Of a DNA stretch of 64,000 nucleotides, positions 22,901 through 37,482 are shown one piece after another; position 1 is the stretch's first letter, and every line of letters begins with the position of its first letter. A model generated the notes under the pieces. The model was not told where the DNA came from and did not search any database. It saw nothing but the letters and a program-made list of their open reading frames with translations. The position numbers and the translations under genes are program-made. This stretch comes from Blasia pusilla (Eukaryota), in the NCBI GenBank assembly GCA_050084515.1, contig CM114271.1, forward strand, positions 32,426,001-32,490,000, given 5' to 3'.

Positions 22901-25422
22901 AAAGAAAATCATCCATCTTCACCTATGATCCATCCGCTCATTAATTAAACAGACCGCCGAAGCCTACCCGTGACCCGTCTCTCTCGCAGCGATCGCGACA
23001 AATCGCATGGGCGCGCCATCGAGGCCCGGGCGCCGCGGAGGTCCTAATGACGGGAAGGACCCGCATAATCGGAAGGCGAGACTGACGAATCATCTCATCG
23101 CCAGCGCCTTTCCGTCGTCTTTCCTCGTGGAGTCCTGGTCGCCCCGATCCCAACTACTGCACCCTATGTCCCGGCTACAACCGAACCCTCCATCTAACCC
23201 GGTTTCGGTAACCGTACATCCATCCATGCTGATTGTGGAAGAAGACCGTTAAGAGATTTCATTGATCAGTTTTCTTTATTTGAAATTCGTTTTAAAAATT
23301 TTTATTAATAATGGAGATTTTTTTTTTAAACACTTACATGTTTGACACATGGCAAACAAGAGTATTTTTCACAAAATGGGCCGGGTCATAAGAGAATTTG
23401 GGGACATGACAACATGTTCATTGTTAGTCATATTGTACACTAGTTTCTATATTTAAGACTGAATGGGATGTGCCTGAAAGGTTTAATACATAGTATGAAT
23501 CAGATTTTCATCAGGCTGAATTATTTTTAATTTCAATTTTGCATTTTTTTCTTTCAAATTTTAAGATTTCAACCCATGTTTGACAAAAGTTAGTATCTTG
23601 CAAATGCAAAATACTATAGACTCGGCGGTTGCATAGGAGCATTGTAGTATTCTCCAAATAGCAATATGTTCATACGAGGCATGGAGTGTAAATTATTACA
23701 AAGAATCATGTCATTCACATTCTATAAAAATTCAAAATTATGATATTGTGTTTCTCATGTGGCATGCATCTGAAATGTTGAGAAATACAAATCAGTCTTC
23801 TAATATTCGTGTAGATATTTGGGATTTTAAGCCTTTAGTATTTAGCGGATGATCAGATTCCATGAAATCGTGCAGGAAATGATATTAAGCTTAAAAAAAT
23901 GTAATTTTATCAAAAAAAGCAACATTCAAAATAGCATCATCTCGTCATGGGCAAAAAGAAGGAGGTATTTTTCCAGTCTAGGGTTACTTAAAATGAAATC
24001 ATGATGTTAGAGGTTAATCGATGTAAAATTTTTTGATCCTTTTTTAAAATTAATTATTGCCAGATTCTTTCGTGAAAATTTTTAAATTTTATTCATATCA
24101 AAGGTTGCCATTAAGAGTTTCAAAAATACTTCATATAACTTATCATGATGGGTTTTATGAATATTTTATGATTACTTTCTCATTTATTTTTTAAAATTTT
24201 AATTCAAATTTGAAAAGAACACGTCATTGCATAATTTTCTTATGAGTGTTCATTATGATAGGAGAAGGAATAATATGAAAGGTGGTTCCTTAGCCTCCTA
24301 TATCAACCAGCGCACGGCCTTTGAGAGGGGGGAGGGAAAATTTAGTTATTGAACTCGTGTGAAGATGCATGGATAGGCTAGATGATGAGAAAAAAGAAAC
24401 TTGAAATATATGCAGGGACCGTAAAGAGTAATCAAACATTGGAGAAAGGGAGATCCCATTTTACTATCGGAAGAGACGCTTTCCCGTGCCGAAGAGAATT
24501 TTGTGAGTATGTGAAACAAAACCCATTCGTGGCCTAGGTGAAGAAGAGATTATGGGTGGTCAGTTGATAATGGAATCCGCATAAATGTAACAAAACTAGG
24601 AATTGTATGTAGGGACCATAAACAAATATGCATGGAACGAAGAGAAGAAAAACGGAGCTAAGCATGAAAGAAGGAAAAAAACACTAATACGTGGAATCAA
24701 ATCACGAGAGAGTGCGATTTGCAACTGACGAATTTCATTTCGTTCCACGAGACCGCGATCCGTTTCCAACTTTCCACTCGCTCGAGCAACAAGATTGGAA
24801 GCATGTGAAGTAATCACTAGCACCCACACATATCGACGACTAATGCCAGCCTCACTTCCTCTCTATTCCCCCAGCCCTCTCTTGGAATCTCTCCTCACCG
24901 TCGGCTTCCCGCGAGTTCGTTACGCTGTCAATGATTATTGATCATCTCCGGTTGGCACATGTAAGAGAAGAGGGCCGCTCATCTCAGAATCTCGGATACA
25001 TACATCCCGGATACCCGTTCAAGCTGCCAGACGGAGTAAGTATGCTTAGTATGCCGTGGCGGAGGGTCGTTGTGTAGCGACCTTCATCGCCTCCATCCAT
25101 CCATCCATCCATCCATGGACAACAACCATCCTTGGCACGAGGCTACGAGCCATGCATGTACTGCCGAGGCAAAGCCGTTGGAGGTCACTGTATTTCACCG
25201 CGATCGCGTCTCCGCACCGGCGAAATCGGATCCCGGTAATTCGGGAAGCTTCGCCTATATGTTCCACTCTTCTCACTCGCCTCTGCCTTTATGTAGTGCA
25301 GACGGAAGTCCTTGTCGAACGCTGGGGTCTTTCCGAGGCCTTTCTAGAGGAGTTGTTGCCATGTTTCTTTGCCTTGCCCAAAGTCATTCACAGCTGTGGA
25401 GGGAGGGAGGGAGAGGGGGGGA

Positions 25423-25606
25423 AAGATAGTCGGGGAAAACCTTACCTCCAAGTTAACCATGCGTTTGACTCATTCTTTTTTTCTTTCTTTCATCTCTTTT
25501 GGGTATTGCCCAGCAAGATAGTCGGGGAAAACCCTACCTCCAAGTTAACCATGCGTTTGACTCATTCTTTTTTCCTTTCTTTCATCTCTTTTGGGTATTG
25601 CCCAGC
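25423..25606. repeat. Tandem duplication, 2 x 92 bp
   Basis: Unit aagatagtcggggaaaacc...gggtattgcccagc starts at 25423 and again at 25515; the copies are near-identical. Confidence 0.9.
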
Positions 25607-28272
25607 AAATCCACGACGCAAACTCTCGCCCGACGTGCCCCCAAGTCTAATTTGGTTTCGTTTCTAGTTTACGTATTTCTCAAATCATCTTTCTACGTGC
25701 GCTGGAGGTTTCTTAGCAGCTTCCTTTACGTTGTGACATTTTTTCGAAATTTATTTTTAGAGATGTGTTTATTTGTCGAGGACTTCATGTGCAACAATCT
25801 ATGCGTTTGGGATTTAAATAGGCTAATAAGGTGCTTTTCATTAACGTTTCATATTAATTGACGGGATTCAAATTCAATAAGATTTCAAACGATTGTTTTT
25901 CCATCGGGATCATTTAATCTCCCTTTTTCATCAAACGAGAATATTGAAATAAATCAATCCTGCATAGACTATCAGAAATCCATTTAAAAACTTTCTTTTT
26001 ATTTTTCGCAACAACTAATAAAACATGAATTACTCGTCATCACAAAAATGAGACCAGAGACCCTTCAATGATTACTCGTGATTCTCAAAGTCAAACCAAG
26101 AGACAAAATCTTACAGAGGGAAACCCTCGAGAACCCATAGGAAGTTAGGAACACAACACATCTGACTTCGGTCCTATGATCTCTATAAGGGGGGGCAAAA
26201 ATAATAAATTTCATGAAAATGAGTGAAATGCATTTAGAAAATATAATACCATGGCACGTATCATTTCTGAACTATTCACGAGGAATTAAAATCAGTAACT
26301 GTTTTCATAGCATGGAGGTGAAAAAAAAAAGTCATCGTTTATGTATATTCTTAGAATATTCTACCTCCCATTCTTATAATCGTTTCCGTATCATGGGATA
26401 TCTTAACTCTTCCCTCGTCTCCATATGCTTTTCGCGAGCAACCGTGACGCCAGGAAGATTTGTGCTCCAAAGGATCTCTTCTATTCGTAGTCTAGCATCA
26501 TTTCCTGACCGGACACATATTGGCAATGGCTTTGAGGAGTTCCAAAAACAAACCTAAGAAATTATCGCCAATATTTTAGAGCGACCTCCTCAACCGGATA
26601 AGAACTATTGGGTTTTTAACGTAGCCACACATCAAACATTTAAATAAGCAGCAAAAAACTCCCAACGGGTTCTTATGGAGGTAAATATGGGCTACCTACT
26701 CCACGTCGGATTTATTTCAGCGGTTTGAAATCCATAATATTTGCGCCGGCGCTTATGATACCTTTCTTGACCTAACTTTAACCCGTTCAGTTTTTTCAAT
26801 ATTTTAGTTTAGTTAGACATCAATGAAAAAGTGATGTGATGTCAATGTGTGCCTCCCTTCCCCTAAGGCATCAGAAAATTAATGAACCAGCCTTCCAAAT
26901 TTCTCATTCCATGTGGAGTGTCTTACTAAATGATTCTGGAGGAAAACAAATCATAGAATCCTTACGTACACTCTCCCGACTAACGGACAAAACTCCGTCT
27001 GATAACTCAGAGAATCTACATAAGTTGCCAAAACATGGAGGCAGTTTTTTTCTAAATCAAGCTCAGGTAATTGTCAACTCACCATTTCATAGGTGGCCCT
27101 TCTCCGTACGTGCCATACGCTGGAATAAATAATAGCTCTAAGCCACTTATCACGCCACTCAAGTTCATAATACCTCATATATATACGGTTCTCCCCCAGT
27201 TCGTAACCGAATTAAAACTACTATTATTGTTTTACGAAAGCAAACATTTCGCCCCTCATAAATACCAGCCCCTTGCATTCTGTAGCGGGACACGTCTTGC
27301 AGGGTCGTATGTCAACTCTGCATACTCGCCAGTCATGGCATGTCATGTAACTTTAGATGCATCTGCAGCTCACTGTATACCCTACCCGGTCAAAATATAC
27401 CCTTCCCGCCAGATATCCATGCGGGAGGACTCCGCGTTGAATGTATGGAACGGTCATAAACAGTCGATCTTACATCTGACGACGAGTCTGACTCGCCATA
27501 CGGACGACCCGCGGGCACAGCGGACCGGCGACGTACTTAGCACATGCTACATGTCGGCACTCATGCCATGGCGAAGGTCATGGAATGCTGGGTAGATGTC
27601 CACGAGCAGTGATCCAGGTCAGTGCGACCACCTGTCGAATCGTAAGAGGCCGAAGAACTATTCACGAACAGGTCGGATGATGTGACATACGATACTACTT
27701 GACTTGTATCCTGGTAAGTTGCCGTAAGGTTAAACGATTGCTGACGGGGCGCCTTCTCCCTTGTGGGGGAACGTAAAAGGCGAAACGCACGAAAAAGGAT
27801 GGGATGAGCTAAAGTTAAAGTTCACAACTGACGTGGCGGAGGATTCCGTTCAGCTTAAAATGGAACGCAAAGGTGAGACGGCTATATAGGTGCCCCACCC
27901 ACATCCACGAAGTAGTTGGATTGTAGCCGATCACCTTCCAGATATTTCCCAGAGGAAGAAATGCACGAAACTAGAAATCTCAAATGTTTTATTTATTCAT
28001 CTTCCTAATTCTCTTAGTGTCCGGCAACTCATTAACTGGCATTTAATGGAGCGATTCAAAGCAGGGTCGTAGTGACATGATGTCTTTGAAAAAAAAATTA
28101 AGAAATTTTGGACGGGTGTCGGGGCATTTAGAAAGCAAATTCGCCGTTGGAAGGAGTATTTCCTCTCGATTCTCATATTCTTTTTTAAGACAAAATGAAC
28201 TTTACTAATAATTTTCTACTAAATTTTCAGTAATATTAATTATTATTTTCAGGAGCCTAGTATATGGAGAAA

Positions 28273-28796
28273 ATCCACTTTATTATAATAACAAGCCTCA
28301 ACGAGGACAAAATAAGGTAATGACAACTCAAAAGAGGGAGAATTAAAAAAATGCAAAAAGAAACTAGGAACTAGCCAACACAAACACCCACTCAACGCGT
28401 TACACAATTGATCACATGAAACAAATTTGACAAGAGTATTTGTGGTTGGTCAAACATGAACGGACGATGAGGGCGAGCGACCGCCACCGTTTCTACACGA
28501 CGTTTGAATGCCAAAGCTTGTGCACGTTATAAGGCCAATGAGATGCATTGCCGAAAATAAGTAGTGACTACACACAAAGAGAAGGATTATGAGAAGGGGC
28601 AAGGTCATGATTCTCAAGGGAATGGTGAGCATATGATTTGAGGAAAGTATTAAAAGATACATGTAAATGACCGAATACTTCCACTGTGAAAAGAGTAAAT
28701 CCATGGTTTGCATGTCTCACAGCATAACTGATTTCCTTGATTCTTGTTGTTGCTTCGGCCACTGAACCTTTAGTATGTGTGGCACGATACACCAAG
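28273..28796 (-). mobile_element. 5'-truncated copy of the CRE-like non-LTR element (RLE C-terminus and 3' UTR)
   Basis: Translation VYRATHTKGSVAEATTRIKEISYAVRHANHGFTLFTVEVFGHLHVSF parallels 50977-51537. It shares the 3' end AATAAAGTGGAT with the copy at 50850. Confidence 0.85.
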
Positions 28797-29651
28797 TTTA
28801 CATCAATTACCCTCTTGATCCCTTACCCTTCCTAATGAAGAATGACCATCCTCAACTAAAGTAAGCCATAAATTATATTATGGAAATATTGGTAAGTATT
28901 TGTGGAATTAATGATGGATAGTTTGAATCATCGATCATTATTCACTCACTAGTTGGTAACAAATGAGCTTGGCAAACCCCGAATTGATGAATTTAATCAA
29001 AGATAAATATCAAGACTATATTAGATAGAAATGCCAAATGTTAGCAAAAGAAGCTTGTAAATATCAAAAGGACACCTTGCAATAATAATATAGATATGGG
29101 ATTGACCATACTAGAGGGACCTATCTACCACATTCTTTTGAATGGTTTCTTAATTTGTAAATACATTTGATCTGATTTACACATTAAAATATTTTAGTAA
29201 AACAAGCAACAAGAAAGGTAATTTTTTTTACCAATGTGATCATTGGTTTCCTTCACAAGCTCGAGACTAATAAACTTATTATAAAGAGCAACCATCCTTC
29301 CAACTACAAACACATCCTAGGCTCGACACGTGTCTTTTGCGATGGTCCCCTCTTTCAACACATGTCCCATCTAACTAGTTTAGAGTTCCCATCGGTCCTA
29401 ATCGGTGCATGCATGGCATAGACTAGTTTCACACTAAGGAAGAACTATATTCCTAATGAAATAAAATACCTGATTGTATTTTCTTAGGATAATGTTTACT
29501 CTAACGTTTAAATTTAATGTGGGTTATGTTTAGTAAGGTCCTCCAAAATAATTTTAATATTTTTAAGTATTCCATTTCGGTTCAAAGGGTAGAAAACCAT
29601 TTCACTGGTATAATTTTTCCATATGACAAACAAAGCACCGTTTTCATATCA

Positions 29652-30049
29652 TCTATACTATAATTTCATGAACATTTTTGAAATGGCAACAATGTCAAAA
29701 TTAGACACGTGTCTATTTGAGTAGAGGAATTTTTGACATATAGCACTCACTTTTATTAATCGGATGCAAACACATGTATAATTACAAGACCGAGCGCATA
29801 TATCTATATTATTAAAAGAGGACGAGTTTTCACAACCCTTCCTCCCATGAATGACACGTATGCATTTTAAGTGTCTAATAATAGACACTTAAATTAACAT
29901 AACAAAACTCCAATAACGTTTTCTTCTGTAGGTTCAGATGTTTTTCAATCATGCGGAAAGGGCACAGTCTAATATATTTAAAACTACGAGACCAGCAGCC
30001 TGATCTGTACTTATTTACATCAGCCATCATCCTCACGGGTCCTATCTAG
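29652..30049 (+). mobile_element. Cluster of short Helitron-like termini (nested non-autonomous Helitrons)
   Basis: A|TCTATACTATAAT at 29652, A|TCTATATTATTAAAAG at 29803 and TCTAATATATTTAAAAC at 29968. A 3'-like end ...CACGGGTCCTATCTAG|T lies at 30049. Confidence 0.4.
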
Positions 30050-32405
30050 TAAATATAGATAAATAATTCACTTCCCCGTTACTCTCATTCTCTTCTCGGC
30101 CTCCCCCCCCCGACCCCTTACGTGAAACCATCAGACGGACGAGAACTATTTCCCGTAGTTTCAATCTCATCATACCGGATTATGCGGAAAACCTCCATTT
30201 CGGCGGCATCCACATCATTAAGAGCCCATGACATGTCCGAATGCTCAACAACTCGCGCATGGGTTTTCTGCCCCGTTTTCCACCCTAAATCGCGGGTGGT
30301 ACGGGTAAAATTGATGAGGGTGCGCTCCCCGGCCCCCCCACCCGGCGTGTAATGTAATACGATATTGTGTATGGAGATAGATCTTTTACTATGGTATGGA
30401 CAACACCTAATTCAGGAAGATAAAATCGACAGCGCAAGCGGAAAGTCTGCCTCATCAACATGTGAATTTCATGGGCTGCACGGTAGGGACTTATCTCGGG
30501 AGGTTGTGCTATCCATATGGACTCTTTTCTCGATTCTAAGGATAAGGATTGTCATGTTCTTTTCTCTTTCTACAGATTCTGGAGCGGCGGACCATTCTCC
30601 GTAGCAGTTTCCAAAATTTGCAGAACTTCAAAATCGGGGCAGCGGACTCCGAGAAGGTAATTTGCGAACAAAGTCCTCTGCCCGTCCTTTTGACAACTTC
30701 CAGACGTTTTTCCCAAATGTGCGGGTTTTACAGTTGTTTAGCTTGACGTTGAAACCTTCCACATAACTCCTCTTTCGAGAAAAAGGTTGATTTGCGCCAC
30801 AAAGAATTAGAGCTCATTGGTGGGGAGTAAAGCAGCATTCGAACCGATTGAACGATACCCAAGAAAAACAACGATTGTCGCACCGTAGATCGATTAAATA
30901 GGACAGCTTATGAAAATTAGTCAATAAAGTAATGCAGTTCGTATGAAAACGTGTTGACCTAAAAGGAATATTTTAGGAGATTTAGGAGACTATCAATTTT
31001 CATGTAGAAAACGACGGGGACTAACGGTACAAAAGCGAGAAGAATTATCATCACCAACCGTGGACGGAAGAGTCAAACACAACGGAGGACCGTGAGAACC
31101 TAAGTACTCACTTCACATATATCAATCGGAGGTTTTGGACAATGGAACAAACCTCACTCATGTCGACCTCAAAGCCCAGCCCCAGCCCCCCTCCCTCTTC
31201 CTTCCAAGCCCATAGCGTAGTCAACAAAATCCCAACACGATTGCTCCTACTCCACATCACAAATTTGCACCTCCTTCCACAAATTTTCCCCATCCACTCC
31301 GATTCGCCCCTCCTAGACCCATTCAAGCAGTCGAGCACAACAAAAGCGAAAAGAGCACCCCTCAAAAAACTGAAACGCGAAAAGTAGCAACATAACCCCT
31401 CTTGGGCGATAACCAAACGGATCCACATAAGCCCTAACTAATAACGCTTCCAAATAAGAAGATATAAAATATGTATAAAAAAGGATGGGGAACCCATCAC
31501 GATTCAAATGAGGGGGCAAGAAGGAAGACCTCAAGAGGCCCCAAGCAGAAAGAAGGGGGCCTTCCAAATAACCTCCATTAGATTCCAATCATCTCCCCCC
31601 CCCCTATCGTCGTCGCGGTGGCCATGACCGGATCAAAATCCACCAACAAAAAATCTCCTCGCGTGGCGGGTTATAAAGCGCCCATCGGAGGGAGGCCTTT
31701 CTGTCCCCGCGATGTTTCGAAACATGTAGTTATTTTCGCCGACTTTATCTTCTCATAAAAGCTGACATCTATTTCGCTAGAATCCATGGCCTCTTTCTTT
31801 CTTATCCAAACACCCTATCTATCCATACCGAGGGGAGGGAGGGGAAGAAGGGGCGGTCCAAGTCAAGCAGGTGCTACAGGAGAACGAAGGAGCAGAATTC
31901 AAGTGTCCTACTTGCACAAGAGCATCCGGAGGAACAAGTGTATGGCAAGAGCTCGCCCGCTCGCTTCTTTATGGTGCAGCGACTGCTTCAAAACTGCCCT
32001 TGGTCTTGGTCTCGCCTTTCCTCTGCCAAAAAATAAACACGGCGGGGGACGGGTAGGAGGGATGGAAACGGCGTGCGTGTCGAATGACGATTGAAGGAGT
32101 CAAGACGTGTCAAACACACGTACTTGGGATATTTTTCGGGCTTCCACGCGGAATGAAGTCTAACATGCTGGCATTCCTACAATCAGTTTTTTCTTCCAAG
32201 ATTATGACTTGCGCTAACCTCGCGATCTAGAGAGTATTGGAGTTTTGATGACCAAATTTTTCATTGTTTTCCCCCTAGTCTATGATTTTGAACATGCATG
32301 CACTCTAACAATTTGCTCGATTCATGTTGGGTTATTACCATCAAATACATTAATGTATTTTTTATCATCAGCAGAAATTTGCAATTTTAATTAGCCAACA
32401 CATAG

Positions 32406-32904
32406 CAAGGTTGCGAGAGAACATATTTGTCCGTCCATGTGAATGACGGACATGTCTACGAACATGCCTAACCGGTCCCCCACCCAGGTCCCTTTGGTAC
32501 CCGGGTCGTCCACTTGGGCTTTGGACACATAAATAGGTGCAGATTCCAGTTAATGAAGGCGGGCAAGGATCGAATTTGTGTGCAGGTTGTGAGCCTGTAC
32601 GTAGCCTACACCGGCCCGCAACAACCCTCTACAAGGCCGCAACAAGGCTTATAGTCCTCCTTGCGCGGGCCAGATGGACTTGATACAAGCCTCTGCAAGC
32701 AACAACCGCAAGGTGCAAGATACAAAATGGGTGCTAAGAACGGGTGGGAGGTTGCTAGACTAGGGTGCGGGCTTGCCGAACCTTGGTCTACGTTGTAGGC
32801 AGTAAGAACCGGGGCCTACACATAAATGTCTATCCCTAGGATGGAGATAAGTCTGCAAACACATACATGTCCGCGGACACGGACTTTATCCGTGTGCAAT
32901 CTTG
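32406..32904. mobile_element. hAT-like MITE, about 500 bp
   Basis: Imperfect TIRs CAAGGTTGC...GCAATCTTG. The 8-bp flanks ACACATAG/ATAGATAA match at only 5 of 8. Related to 15654-16030. Confidence 0.55.
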
Positions 32905-34843
32905 ATAGATAAAGAGGTGTAAAATCACACTGACTGTGAAAAATAAATGGTTTGATATAAAAAAATACATCAAAATTCTACATATAAAATGATGAATGAT
33001 TTCTACAAATGGGTCAAAATATTTACAATCCCCTCTTATCCTTGACATGTACCTTCTCTTGTCCTTGTCTAAGTCCTCATCCTCATACCATGTTTCCCCA
33101 CAAGTAAGTTTAACATGCCTTTCACACATAAACATATATTGAGACCTTGGCCTCCTCTTAATATGTGAAGACCCTTAATGTCTCACTATCTCTAGAAAGT
33201 AGCACTAAAGATTAATCTCATGGTATAATGTTTGCTCCTATAATTGACAACTATTGGCATGGAAAAAGTCCATATCAAATCATTCTTCCAAAATGCCTTG
33301 TAAGATTATGCACATCATGATTAAGTACTTAGGGTTTCTCTTCGATGGCAAATGGAGGAATTTTGCATTGTGCTAGGTCCTAAAAACGACAAGAAACACC
33401 ATTCTCTTAAAAAAGAGCGGAAAACTTTCAAATATTTCCCAAAGAGCTACAATTTTTCTTAAACTTTTCAAGGATTATTTTTCTTTTCTTAAAATTTAGA
33501 GAAAGTGGGGAAATTTGAAAATGTAGGAAAATATATTCATGACATCATATTTTCTATAAGAAACTCAAGTGAAAAGTATCTTCCGACATCCATAGTTGCC
33601 CCTTCTAATCCTTAAAGCTCTTTTCCATGTCGTCCTTATCTACTTCTATGTTTGTGTGTGAGTGGTATTTTCTTTCTTTTTTCATATAAATTCAATAGGG
33701 TGTAGCTCATATCTTCTTATGACCACCCATCGTTGTATAGGGCTACCCAAAGCACAAGAGTTGACAGTTGGAATTTATTCCTTGCTCTCCTTGTGAGAAA
33801 TAACTTTGTATAAATATATTATCTCCATTCATGAATGGAGATAATGTTGAAACTCTCTTGGTTTTGAAAGGGACACAATGCGCAAATTTTGACACAAATG
33901 TAGAAAGTGTGCCAATTACAAAAGAAACTAAGCTTTCATTGAAAATAAAACTCCTTTGGATACATGAAAGACAAAATTTTGTCCTTCCACAAATAAAAAT
34001 TAAAATGAGATCCTTTTTATGAAAATAAAATTCCTCCAAGAAAAACAAAAGTTTCTCCCTCCTTACATTCAATATATAAATTATATATTCACCTTCCTTT
34101 AAAGGAAATAAGGGATCCCATGTTAACAAAGACATCTAAACAAAGAAACCCTTATCATCCACATGTCATTTCTCAAACAAAACTCAGAAGCTCATTTCAT
34201 AGTTCATTCACATTCTTTACGGCCCCAAATGTACTGTAATTTTTTAAATGAAAATTTGTAGTTGTGCCACAACACCCTTTTAATCGGAGTGTGTTGTCAC
34301 ACCTCTAGCGTCACAATGAACTCTAAATATATATAATTTTTTCCATTCTTAACACGTTTAGAAACATGTGTCTTATTGAGAGACGGTGGGGAAAAGGACC
34401 GCACACTAGTTTCTTGAGGACAAACACATTGAGGGAGGGATAAAATAGGTCTCGAGAAGCACATGTCAAGACCAATAAGCAATCAAAAGACACGGGTAGG
34501 AGAAGTAAGCCTCTCAACTACTTGTCATTTGATTTTTCTAGTAGGAGGGGATTTCACATATCGGTCCACCTAAACTTGGGATTACATTACATTACATGCA
34601 TTACACATTGCGAAAATTTGAATTGGGATTACTCGTTAATCTCTCGGGTTGAAATAAATAATTTCCTTTTATGAATGGTGATTAAAAAAAAGGCTGAAAA
34701 TATGTGGTCTCTTTGTATTTTGTGTTAAATACCCAACCAGAACCCATAAAATTTCAAAAACTTTCCTCTTTTGGTATGAATATCAAGAAAATTATGGGGA
34801 AAATATTCACATGGGGAGGTTAAAAACTCAAAATTTATATCTA

Positions 34844-36621
34844 CTAGTAAGAAAGCGCGTGCTATGCACGGGCGCCAAATTAAAAAATGATACAAATTTT
34901 ATTTATATTTTATTAAAATCTCTTAGTGAAAGTAGAAATATAATATTGCCATTAAAAATCTCCGATTGCCTTCTGTAGCTTCCATGAGATCCCTCAGATT
35001 CTCGGCATTCTAAGCCTCACACACGAAAGGTTGTGGGTCTCACAATATGAAGGCCTTTTAATCCACGCCATCTGGATTTGGTGCCAAGCTCCCCTGGGTC
35101 TGACCAGTCCACCCAAGAGACTAGACCAGACTTTTGAATGCCTTTATTTATCCCATTTTATGAGACTTGCTTCCCAAATTCTCACATGGACTAGGAACAA
35201 CGTTAATGTTTTTTTTCAACGGCTGCTAGGAAGAATTCAAGGGGCCTACTTTGAAGTCAAGTTGATAGTGCATTATGCATCGTCTACATGATGCTTGGTC
35301 CTTCCCAGAATCCTCAAGCTAGATAGGATAATTGGTTAATGGTGTAGGTCATCACTTTCCACATTTGGCGTGAGTCATCATGGATCTTGTCATGAGTCAC
35401 ACACGTGAGTAAAATGTGAGGAGAAAGTGGATACTCGACTTTCCAGTATACGTGAGCAAGATACAAATCATTTCTCACTCACTCTTGACAAGAACCCAAT
35501 ATCTTTGTAGACTCAGCCAATAAAATTTTAAGATCTCCCACATAGCCCTGAAATTTTCGGATGTGAATAATTTTAGAGTCTCTAAAGTCCCATCCGGCAA
35601 GACCACTGCTTATTCACATCCGTTCTCCCAACCCTTCACCTGATTGAAATCCTCGTTTGTCTAAGATCATCGTCGGTTAGGTATCCCAAACATGTAGCAT
35701 GGGAAAGCACCATGGTGAGAGAAGTCCAGCACGACAAGGCTTCATCCTAAGACACAGGATGTGTGTTGTTCTCGTAATCTTGGTAGTTTTCCTAAGACAC
35801 CAATGAAGTAACACCTCGTCCAGCCAATAGCTTGTGGATACGTGCTTTGATTGATCGAATGAAGTGTCAAATTGTTTAGTGTATATGGTGTGCTTTTGGT
35901 TGGGTTTTATGGAAATTTCGGTGATCAAATATTTTTTTGTAGGAAGAGAAAGTGTTGTATGCAGGATTCTCATTTGAGTTAATTGATTGTGATTATGTAG
36001 TTCAACGAAATGGCATGAGCTTTTTGAGTGACATTGATGTACATGGCAGTAGCGGGACGTGGAATCCTGAACTTGTTGAAGCGGCATTTGGTGAGATGTT
36101 TTTTTAGCTTGGCCAAAAGTCCCTTGCAGATTTGTGTCATTGGAAGCTACCCAACAGGTCCCACCACAAACAGGATCACACATAAGCCCAAAATTCACAA
36201 TGCGGTAGACATTAACTACTTACAATCACCAAAACACAATTTCGAGGTGATGCAGAAGTAGAACTCTGCGATGAAACCGGTCCAACATAGGAGTTCCACT
36301 ACAACCAATACACCGGAAATACCAATTGATGGATATGCTATTTATTTTGCAGTAGGACTACAAGGCAGAGAAAAGGAAGAAGGCTTGGGATGATAAGAGC
36401 AAGCCTTGCAATCAGTCATTGGAGGTGAGCCTTTCTACGAGAGGCCTACAGAGAGTCGGACCTAAATTCAATCGAGCTTTGGTTGGTAGGGTGTAGCTTG
36501 AACTACGACATAAATTTTCCTAGACACAAGAAGCAACGAGATGGTGCATCCATCAAAGGATCTCTGTGAGAATGTGACACAATGGAACACGGATTCAGGT
36601 CCAACGAAAACAAGTTAATAT

Positions 36622-36655
<34 letters not shown>

Positions 36656-37482
36656 GGCCCTACAAGCTGCAAGCAATGCGAGCTTGGATGAAATAGGATC
36701 TCTGTAGTATGAAGGCGAAGCAATGTTGTTTGTAGTCTTCCGTATGAGAAGAATGAGAGGAACAAGAGAAAGACCTAGAAAGGGACAGCGTTTGTGGAGA
36801 CAAAACCAGATGACTTGCAGGCGCTAGTGCTCATACGCAATCGTCATACCTCCTTGGAATTTTCTTTTACCCCTCGGTTTTTCTCCCCGTTCGTCGTCAA
36901 GGCCCCCAACCCCCCATCCTGCGCACCCTCTCCTCTGCGATCTCCCTTCCTCTGCGCACCCTCTCCTCTGCGATCTCCCTTCCTCTGGCTTCCTTTGCAT
37001 TTTTTTCTCCTCCTGGGATCTCCCTTCCTGGCTTCCTTTGCATGTTTGTATGCTTGCCTGCCTTCTGTTCACAGGTGTCTACAAGTAAGAAGACGTTGAT
37101 TCCCTTGATAGGTGTCCTTGCACCGACGAATATTTCCCCCTCCCTCCACACACAAAATAAAATCACAAAACTAAATCAAATAAGATCAACCAATAACACC
37201 ATGAAACAGGTCAAAAAATAAAGAAGGGAACACATGTCCCTTCTTGCCTATTCAACCTTTGATATGTGAGCCATTAACTAAGTATTTTTAGGGTCCCTTA
37301 AGGTGAAATACAAGAAATTCGCTTAATAGTACATATCGAGAGTGGTGACGTCTTCTGAGAAAATACAACCTCTGCTTCAAAAATAAGTACCAGCAAGATT
37401 TTAACTTTTTCTTAAAAGAGACGTTTTCACTTCTTTGGGAGTTACCAAAAGAAATAACCCCCTCCTCACATTATAGTATAAA
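34844..37482 (-). mobile_element. Putative non-autonomous Helitron, about 2.6 kb
   Basis: The minus-strand 3' end has hairpin GCCCGTGCATAGCACGCGC followed by TTTCTTACTAG|T. The candidate 5' end A|TTTATACTATAAT is one change from the TCTATACTATAAT end at 29652. The 5' end is less certain. Confidence 0.5.
36625..36653. repeat. (GA)n microsatellite
   Basis: Run of about 14 GA units. Confidence 0.95.

Noticed and set aside
25056-25667. 203-aa ORF
   Set aside because: Its length is inflated by a (CCAT)n tract and the 92-bp tandem duplication; no recognisable domain.
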